Shown piece after piece: positions 11,576 to 19,939 of a DNA stretch of 19,939 bases (within the stretch, counting starts at the first letter, position 1; each line of letters begins with the position of its first letter). The translations under genes were made by a program, and so were the position numbers. A model generated the notes under the pieces. It was not told the DNA's origin. It saw only the letters and a list, made by a program, of their open reading frames with translations, and did no database searches. The stretch comes from Octopus sinensis (taxonomy: Eukaryota), in NCBI RefSeq assembly GCF_006345805.1, contig NW_021824165.1, forward strand, positions 1 to 19,939. Reading direction: 5' to 3'.

Positions 11576-12533
11576 AACATATGGTATAAAGATATGAACA
11601 TAAAGAAAAATATTTATGTATATGTACATAAATAGCTGCATAAACTCACATGTGTGCGCGTGATGTGCGCGCGTCTATGTGTGTGTATGTGTATGTATGT
11701 ATCTGTGTGTCTATGTACGTATGTGCTGACTAATTGAAACGTCAACGTATTTTGTCATTTAGCAAAGAAACAATTAGAAACTAAATTACTATGTTTTCAT
11801 TAATTTTATCTGGCGGACAGGAATTCATATTGAAGAATACCGCATAGCTTGCGTCGTTTGTATAGCTGACGTTTAGAATTATAAGCTTCAAAAGTTTTCT
11901 TAGTTCTTCACTCGGAATATATAATAATGCTCTTAATTTCATATATCGATCATATGTAATTAGTGGAACGTGCTGCTGCATATAAGAAATATTAAATGAA
12001 AGTAGTGATAATATTTTTTTATTTTCTTTGCGAGGAAAAATAATCTGTAATTTGCAAATGTTTTATTTCAATGAAATATGAAATAATATAATAATTTTCA
12101 TGTAATATATATCTTTAAACAGCCAAAAAATATATTAGACTTAACTTGTGAACATTTTCTTCTGTTGGCGATGAAGATATTTCTTTATATATTTTTCTGC
12201 TTTGACAATATTCTTGCAGATCTAACCTGAAAGAACCGAAGTATTACGGCAAGCGAATTTTTAGAGATGGCAATCCGATCCAGGCCCTTATTTTGGACCT
12301 AGTTTCATTAGAACAAAATGTATATATAATTATTATACACTCCTTTTGTCCTACACTTTCAGCAAGAATTACATATATTTCTGTGTACATAATTGCTTTT
12401 ACAAAACACTCTCACACACACACACACGCACACACACACACACACATACACACACACGGCTCACTTGCAATATATAGAAAAAAACAGTGTCATACAATCC
12501 TTAAATTCGTGACTAGGAAACTAGTGCCTTATA

Positions 12534-12902
12534 AAAATCTCTGTTCCGGATAGAAGCAATTAATGAACCAGAATGCATTGTTTATGGTCACTTTAATGTG
12601 GTTGTCCTCAAAGAGAGGACGATACAGCCATTTAAGGTTCAACTCATGCCATACCTGGCATCGAGTATGCACCACCGAGAAGATCCAATACAGATCGAAA
12701 CCGTGTGGTCTGATCATCTTGAAACCAGCTGGTCAGGAGTTATCTCCCACTTGCAATAAATATTACGTGCGAGAAGCGCACTGAATAAGCCTGCTGGAGG
12801 ATATATCTTCTTGGGGTTAAATGGCAGTATCGTCGTCTCTTCGAGGACAGCCACATCAATGTGGCCATAATACTTTTTGATTCTATCTCGAACAGAGATT
12901 TT
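12534..12902. mobile_element. MITE-like element with ~86-100 bp terminal inverted repeats
   Basis: 12534-12635 versus the reverse complement of 12817-12902: 'aaaatctctgttc..gatagaa.caa' and 'tatgg.cac.tt.atgtgg.tgtcctc.aagaga.gacgatac.gccatttaa' (7 mismatches in the last 48). The left arm has 16 extra nt; ~180-bp spacer. Confidence 0.8.
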
Positions 12903-12916
12903 CTTACGGTTCATAT

Positions 12917-12982
12917 CTGTATGAGTGTGTGCGTGTGTGTGGTGTGTGTGTGTGTGTGTCTGTCTGTCTGTCTGTCCGTCTG

Positions 12983-13016
<34 letters not shown>

Positions 13017-13044
13017 TGTATGCATGTATGTATGCATGTATGTA
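12917..13044. repeat. Compound (GT)n/(CTGT)n/(ATGT)n microsatellite
   Basis: Directly visible. Confidence 0.95.
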
Positions 13045-13078
13045 TTGTTACAAAATGTATTTATAATAACCGTGAAAT

Positions 13079-13275
13079 AATTGCAGCGTTGAAGGTGTTT
13101 GTAAGCTATTTAAGAAACATTTAACTTTAATTTGTCAAAATATTTTTGTCAGTGAACCGGTCGCGGTCTAATAGCGACGAAAATATTTTGACAAATTAAA
13201 CTTAAATGTTGAAGTGAATCGAACAGCTTTTGTGTGTTTCTTAAATGGCTTACAAACACCGTCCACGCTGCAATT
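13079..13275. mobile_element. Fold-back / MITE-like palindrome
   Basis: The left arm 13079-13150 pairs with 13176-13210 and 13235-13275. The right arm has a 24-nt insertion (13211-13234). The 25-nt loop contains the mini-hairpin accg-gtcg-cggt. Confidence 0.85.
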
Positions 13276-14039
13276 GTTTTCGTTCCAGCACACGATCTCA
13301 GATCAAATCACTTGCTATGCGAGTACATCTCCGTAACCATGAAATAAGTTTTCTAATATAGCGAAGTCTCCATATTCACTTGCGTGGTTGGTACATTAAT
13401 AACAAGGTTTCGTAAATACATAATCCCGCATATGATCAAAAGCCACAGCAGCATGGTTCAGTGATATTTTCCTTTTGGTCCATACCATTATAACCCCAAT
13501 ATTATTTATCTTCATCGATTGTGCTGGGAAGCATGGACAAAGAACGTCTTCTTGCTTAATGCGATGGACTCCAACCATTGATGATTTTAACGCCACAATC
13601 TATCATTTGCAGGACTTTACCAGGGAGCTCCTCTGTAGCAGATGATCCTCTAAGTTTTACTATTTGAGAATAACAGTATCATATTCACTGACTAGCAACA
13701 GGAAACGGAAATAAAGACATGGATACTTCCCTAACCTTCGTTTTCTCTCGGCTATTAAAATAGTGTTAATAGTATTTGAAGAGTTTAGAAGTTTTTAATG
13801 ACAGATAAATAAGAAAATCATGTTGGCACATGATTCCATTCCACACGTTGTAGTTATTACTACATTTCCATTCTAATTGTTAAATCTTGGGATTTGTTAA
13901 AAGCTCTCGCTTTTAATTGTTCTCTTCTCCACAGATATGTGTGTGTGTGTCTGTGTGTTTCCATACAGACACATATAATCTAGATACAAACACTAGCCTT
14001 TCTCTTATAATTGTTAAAAGCTCTCATTTTAATTGATCT

Positions 14040-14111
14040 GTATATATATATATATTATATATATATAATATATATATATACGTAGACACATACACACACG
14101 TGTATATATAC

Positions 14112-14148
<37 letters not shown>

Positions 14149-14390
14149 TATAGGATACAGAGAGAATTGAGGGATCTTAGAGTGACAGACAGATAGACAT
14201 AGGGAGGCATACATCCTTTCATACGTACATACACACGTAAGTACTATATATATATATATATATATAGTACTTATATATATACATATATACATATATATAT
14301 ATTATATATATGTGTGATTTTGGAGGTAGTTATATATGTACTTATAGATATTTCTATACTTATACATATATGTATATACAATATATATAT

Positions 14391-14424
<34 letters not shown>

Positions 14425-14425
14425 C
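14040..14425. repeat. Interrupted (AT)n tracts containing the inverted 52-bp core (14314-14365) and a perfect 34-bp palindrome (14239-14272)
   Basis: Directly visible. Confidence 0.9.
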
Positions 14426-14962
14426 ATGCATATATATTCATAGAGGTTTGCGGCGGGGGTTATGTGTATGTGTGTATGCTTGTATGAGTGTGGCTGAACG
14501 TGTGTGTGTGTGTGTGTGCTAATGTGTTAATTATCTTCGGACCAAGTTATTCAACTCATGACATTTACCTCCACAAGACTATTTAATTCTTAATCTTTTG
14601 CTATGCGGCGTGAAGGAGGAAAGAGAGAGATTCAAAAATGAAAAGTGATGTACCGAAACAAAAGCTGTTTTACAATGGCATCGCTTAATAAATTCAGGTT
14701 TGGAAGATGAACGGAAATCTGAAGAAGTTTTATTATCACTTAATGTTGCCAACTCATTTAATGCGTATCCGGTTGTAAAGTTTAATCTAACGGAGATATT
14801 TCGATAGAGGTGAATATCAAAACATGCCATCCCTTCCCACACTCACACACACTCACACACACACACATCTATTAATATGTATGCCTTTGTATATGCATAA
14901 ACAGTCATATATATATATATGTATGTGTGTAATTATATGCATACATACATCTATATGTGTAT

Positions 14963-15019
<57 letters not shown>

Positions 15020-15032
15020 CAGATAGATAGAC

Positions 15033-15115
<83 letters not shown>

Positions 15116-15157
15116 CAGATGGAGACAGAGAGAGAGAGACGGAGAGAGACAGAGAGA
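14963..15157. repeat. (GATA)n/(GACA)/(GA)n microsatellite
   Basis: Directly visible; explains the 'LSIY' ORF 14853..15161. Confidence 0.97.
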
Positions 15158-16144
15158 TCATATATTTGTATTGAATAGATTACGATTCCTTATTTTGTAT
15201 TACTATAAGAACTCTGAACTTTGAATGTATACAATCTAATTCGTAATATGTAGTTCTTGGTTGCCTTCCATATTTGATTAGCTACTTGATACAGAGGGAC
15301 TAGCATTTAACATAGAGACGGAGAGTTCGAATTTTATCGGCCGCTAATAGCTAGTGGATCGTGGACTAGAGAGGAAGGTCTCTCCGTTTTGTCAAGATCT
15401 TTTCTATAATGTTATTTATTAAGGCCACCATCAGCTTAAAAAAAATTCTTCTATATGAGATCTAAATCATCTTCATTGCTCGAATCACGAGGTCTTTGTT
15501 CATTTTGTTCTACCTCATCACACAACACACACACACACGTGTATATATGTAAAATTATAAGAATATATGTAAGTGTGTCTATGTGAGTGTGCGTTCGTGC
15601 GTGTGCGGATGCTCGTTGCGTGTGTGTGTGGGGGTGTGTGAGTGTGTGCATGCGTGTGTGTGTGTAGTTCTGAGTGGTTAATCGATAGTTGCTTATCCTT
15701 TAATGATATCTTATTTTGTCCCACAAATCAGTGAAATGCAACATAAATCTCAGACGTGTTTCAAGTGAATCCTCATAGAAACCATTCTAAATTCCAGTAA
15801 CACGCGACTGGTCCGGCACTTTATCATTCGTGCACATCCGACATTCATTGTCCAAAATCAATATAATTACTGTCGCAAATCGATAACGCGCCGATTTTCG
15901 ACAGGGATGTTATGGATTTCTACCAAATTGCATTTCCTTTACGACTACATGTTTGTGCATACTAAACAGAAATCAACTTCATTAGTATATAAGTTACTAA
16001 GACTTACAGTGAAGACCACCGAATACAAGTTTTGTCTAATGGCATCCAGTATTTAGTTCCACTATGCCTCTGAGAGTAGCAATAGCAGCAGCAGCAGAAA
16101 TGGTAGCCACATGTGGATAACCGTGCGTTTGTATACTTTTCGTA

Positions 16145-16300
16145 CATTCATACATACATACATACATACATACATACATACATACATACATACATACATA
16201 CATACATACACACATATATATACATATAAATATAAATACATAAATATAAATGTATATATATACACATATATATGTGTGTATGAATATGAATATATATATA
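16145..16300. repeat. (ATAC)n and degenerate (AT)n microsatellite
   Basis: Directly visible. Confidence 0.95.
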
Positions 16301-16466
16301 TGTATCAAATGAAATAAAAATCAGAACACAAAGGATGTTGCGGTACACGTATTTCAAGCTTTATACAACAACCTATTCTTACATCAATGTATAATCGACA
16401 TACTATTCTTACATCAATATATATATATATATATATATATAGCTAGCTAGCTAGCTAGATAGATTG

Positions 16467-16477
16467 ATGGATGGATG

Positions 16478-16539
<62 letters not shown>

Positions 16540-16566
16540 TAGATAGATAGATAGATAGATAGATGA

Positions 16567-16602
<36 letters not shown>

Positions 16603-16633
16603 TAGATAGAGATAGATATAGATAGATAGATAG

Positions 16634-16664
<31 letters not shown>

Positions 16665-16730
16665 TAGACAGATAGATAGATATAAAACAACTTTCAGGGA
16701 CAATAGTGTGTATATATATATTGTCTCGAA

Positions 16731-16811
<81 letters not shown>

Positions 16812-16834
16812 TATTGTCCCTGAAAGTTGTTTTA

Positions 16835-16874
<40 letters not shown>

Positions 16875-16885
16875 CATCCTTCCAT
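16467..16885. repeat. Large inverted repeat with (GGAT)(GATA)n + unique 27-bp arms around an (AT)n centre
   Basis: 16671-16707 is the exact reverse complement of 16810-16846 (37 bp). The outer ends 'atggatggatggata' (16467-16481) and 'tatccatccttccat' (16871-16885) match at 14/15. Confidence 0.9.
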
Positions 16886-17434
16886 ATATATATCCTTTAC
16901 CGATAACGGGTAAAGATCCAGAAACCAATGTCTACTGGAGGGGAGCGATTCGTTCCCGTCCTCACAATATCACAATATATCAGACAAGGTTGTGTGTCGT
17001 TATTCAACTAGAAAATACTTCTTTTTTCAAGGGTTAAAATGTAGTAACAATAGTTCTGTAAAGAACAGCCATGTTATAGTGGCAAAATTATGCTAATACT
17101 AGTTTATATAATTTGTTCTCTAAGGGCGTCTCACAACTGGAGAGTATTTGCATAATTTGCACCGAACGTTTCAAGAGCAATTCCACAACAGAACAGCAAG
17201 AGTGCACCTCGTTGTATTTATGTTACACAGAATAAATGCTGCAGTAATTGCACTTGAAATATCTGCTGTAGAGTTTGGAACTAAACACAGAACTGAAATA
17301 TATGTCAGACACAAATGATATACATACACACAATTACATGTGTGTGCGCAGGCGCACGCGCGTGTATAAGTATGTGTGTGAACAAATATATGTATATGTG
17401 TATATATACATATATGTGTATATGTGTAAGTATA

Positions 17435-17436
<2 letters not shown>

Positions 17437-17475
<39 letters not shown>

Positions 17476-17499
17476 GTTTATATATATATATATATATAT
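17437..17499. repeat. (TATC)n/(AT)n microsatellite
   Basis: Directly visible. Confidence 0.95.
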
Positions 17500-17864
17500 T
17501 AGAAGAAATGAGATACTCAGAAGATCGGATGGTTTATATTTACAGATATTTATTTATATATTACATTTTTATATATATATATCATATCACTTAGATCATT
17601 AGCGCTTTCTCCAATTCTAGTGGGGTTTTCAAATCAAACTAAGTTCCTGTGTGAGAAGTTTTTACCATTTTATAGAGTTTTGTAGTGGTGGGGAGGAATA
17701 TAAGACAGTACAAGAGGGGGATGGATGAGGAGAAAGTGAGAGAGAGAACATGTGTGTATGTGTGTGTGCGTGTGTGTGTTTGTATCTGGGATGAGTGCTA
17801 TATAGGTGAGCACGAACATTTTAATGTCCTCTGTTGCGTTTCTGTTCCATTTATATATAAATAC

Positions 17865-17865
<1 letters not shown>

Positions 17866-17925
<60 letters not shown>

Positions 17926-17960
17926 CGTGTGTGTATACATATATATATATATGTGTGTGT
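17866..17960. repeat. (AT)n/(GT)n microsatellite flanking the mariner
   Basis: Directly visible. Confidence 0.95.
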
Positions 17961-17962
17961 CA

Positions 17963-18767
17963 GAGGTGGTACTCCAAAGTAACCTGAATTTTGCAACATT
18001 ATTTTATTCACTTAATTTTTACATGTTTACACTTTTATTCCCTTCAAATTATTCTCCATTACTTGCGAAGTGATGCCTCTTAACGCCTCCGTCCATTTTT
18101 TATAAACATCTTCCACATCTGCAAATTTCGTCACCAGTGATGGCCTTCGAAATAAGGTCCTGTTGAATCTCAAACTCTTCTTTTAGTCCACGACACTGCT
18201 CTTGATCTTCCGTGAGCAAGTGAGCCTCAAATTTTGTGGTAACTCCTTTCATTCACAATTCCTCGCTCAAAATTCGTTGCCAGGAGCTCTAGTGCACACC
18301 AGCCATGTCAACAAGTTCGTCAATTGTTCTTCAAGGATCGGTTCATGGATTAACGTGATGTTTTCATTCGTTCAAGTGGTCGACGGTGACCTTGAACGAG
18401 ATCGGTCCTCGAGAGACAAGTAACCATTCCTAAATCTTGAAGACCATTTGCGTTTTGGACACGGCAGCGATCTTGTAAATTGTTTGAAGGCCTACAACTG
18501 CCTCGGCCGCCGATCTCACCAGGAGAAAACAGAATTTCCCGGGAGCAAGTTGTTCCTTCCTTTCAGCCATTGCAAAACACCGAAGAACAGGGGAGAAGCT
18601 CTGCAAAACAAAGCCGCAACACGTGGCTGTATAATCCCAACTGAAAACGCTGGTCGACTGACTGACGCCTGAGGGTCGCATCAAGTGGCTGTCAGCAGCG
18701 GAAGCCTGAACTACGAGCTTCTCCCACAGAGTATGTTTCTGGTTACTTTTGGGTACCCCTTCTTGTA
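17963..18767 (-). mobile_element. Non-autonomous, internally deleted mariner (Tc1/mariner) DNA transposon with both TIRs
   Basis: TIRs 'gaggtggtactccaaagtaacctgaa' (17963-17988) and the reverse complement of 18737-18767 'tacaagaaggggtacccaaaagtaaccagaa'. TA is present at the right end. The element is ~805 bp versus ~1.3 kb for typical mariners. Confidence 0.9.
18019..18570 (-). pseudogene. Mariner transposase remnant
   Basis: 'MAERKEQLAPGKFCFLLVRSAAEAVVGLQTIYKIAAVSKTQ' / 'WSSRFRNGYLSLEDRSRSRSPST' / 'DELVDMAGVH*SSWQRILSEEL*MKGVTTKFEAHLLTEDQ' / 'LISKAITGDE' joined directly to 'FADVEDVYKKWTEALRGITSQ' / 'SNGE*FEGNKS'. Multiple stops and frameshifts. Confidence 0.92.
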
Positions 18768-18840
18768 TACACATGTGTGTTTGTTTGTGTACATATGTGT
18801 ATAGACGGATTTGTATATAAATATATATATATTGTTTGAA

Positions 18841-19245
18841 GGCGCAGGAGTGGCTGTGTGGTAAGTAGCTTGCTTACCAGCCACATGGTTCCGGGTTCAA
18901 TCCAACTGCGTGGCATCTTGGGCAAATGTCTTCTGCTATAGCCCCGGACCAACCAAAGCCTTGTGAGTGGAGTTTGGTAGACGGAAACTGAAAGAAGCCT
19001 GTCGTATATATGTATATATATAAATATGTATGTGTGTCTGTGTTTGTCCCCCTAGCATTGCTTGACAACCGATGCTGGTGTGTTTACGTCCCCGTCATCT
19101 AGCGGTTCGGCAAAAGAGACCGATAGAATAAGTACTGGGCTTACAAAAGAATAAGTCCCGTGGTCGAGTTGCTCGACTAAAGGCGGTGCTCCAGCATGGC
19201 CGCTGTCAAATGACTGAAACCAGTAAAAGAGTAAAGAGAAAAGAG
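18841..19245 (+). mobile_element. Full-length tRNA-derived SINE, family B (octopus)
   Basis: A box 'tggctgtgtgg' at 18851-18861, B box 'ggttcaatcc' at 18894-18903, 'ttgggcaa' core-like motif, an internal (AT)/(GT) tract, 3' 'ggcggtgctccagcatggccgc' and an A-rich 'taaaagag' tail. Related copies at 3010-3144 and 19734-19939. Confidence 0.92.
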
Positions 19246-19733
19246 TATATACCTACACACATACACACCCACACATAATGTGTGTATGTGTGTGTGTGTG
19301 ATTTTGTTACTTTTTAGATTCCTTCATTTTCTAACCACGCAACCAATTCTCGTCGCAGCTTATTCGATCTATTACTATTTTTTACTCGATCTTTTACATG
19401 TATTTGTATTCATTTATTTTTCGATTCAAATATAATCCCAGACATATCGAAAACAATCTATGGTCAATCTCCATGATATCGGACTCTGCGTGTGGCCGTC
19501 AGTAAATTAAAAGACATTTTAATCGCCTGCGGATTTTGTAGATCGATATTATAATGTTATACGATGTTGATTTCTTCCTCAGGCACAAACACAATATTTC
19601 TAATTATGTTTGATTCAATAGAACTGGGTGAATGAGTGGCTGTTATTCAATTAAGAGTGCGGTCTATGTGCTTTAGAGAAGAAAACATAGAACTCGACGT
19701 TCTTCTCTGTGATGGTTTATTGTAAATATATTT

Positions 19734-19939
19734 GGCGCAGGCGTTGCTGTATGGTTAAGAGTCTTGCTTCTCAGCCCTGTGGCCACGGTGCGGCACACTG
19801 GGCAAGTGTCTCCAACTATAACCCCGGAATTTGATTTGATAGATGTTTGTGTGTGTCTGTGTGTCGGTGTTTGTCTCTCAAGACTACTTGACAACCGCTC
19901 GAATTTTTTGTCTTTTAACTTAGCGATTCGAAAAATGAG
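19734..19939 (+). mobile_element. Degenerate SINE family B copy running off the window end
   Basis: 'ggcgcaggcgttgctgtatggttaag..cttgcttc', 'tgggcaagtgtctcc..ctata.ccccgg', 'cttgacaaccg' and 'ttagcgattcg' parallel 18841-19110. Confidence 0.8.

Noticed and set aside
13340-13660. GC-elevated block with open frames on both strands, including 'IDDFNA' recalling the APE endonuclease GDFNA motif
   Set aside because: A single weak motif without supporting context; it may be an old TE but cannot be assigned.
14579-14842. 87-aa minus ORF with several N-x-S/T sequons
   Set aside because: It begins in a (GT) repeat with ambiguous splice sites and no homology I recognise; sequons are frequent by chance in AT-rich DNA.
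16062-16112. Minus-strand MWLPFLLLLLLLLSEA, signal-peptide-like
   Set aside because: It derives from a (CTG)n micro-repeat and stops immediately. The nearby gtaagt donor and 46-nt 'intron' (15962-16007) lead to stops in all frames.
17125-17313. Plus-strand open frame after ttgttctctaag| (RLTTGEYLHNLHRTF...)
   Set aside because: No convincing donor or homology; within chance expectation.
18841-18910. tRNA gene
   Set aside because: It has A and B boxes but no cloverleaf and continues into a SINE body; it is a tRNA-derived SINE head.

Overview
AT-rich, microsatellite-dense animal genomic DNA, almost certainly an octopus (cephalopod) intergenic or intronic region. The taxon call rests on my recognition of two abundant octopus tRNA-derived SINE families and was not database-verified. 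I find no intact protein-coding gene. Most listed ORFs are translated microsatellites or chance open frames. The ORFs with real protein homology are decayed transposons: an internally deleted mariner (17963-18767, both TIRs present), the 3' end of an R4/Dong-like RLE-type LINE (about 10036-10725) and the 3' end of an RTE-like LINE (about 5921-6215). There are six SINE copies or fragments and four MITE-like fold-back elements. The most unusual signal is a recurring pattern of inverted duplication centred on (TA)n or other self-complementary microsatellites. It includes a 52-bp perfectly identical inverted pair 2.8 kb apart (11461-11512 / 14314-14365) and a ~420-bp microsatellite-armed palindrome (16467-16885). 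I cannot support a claim of a new gene system; these structural leads and a few weak candidate exons are what merit follow-up.
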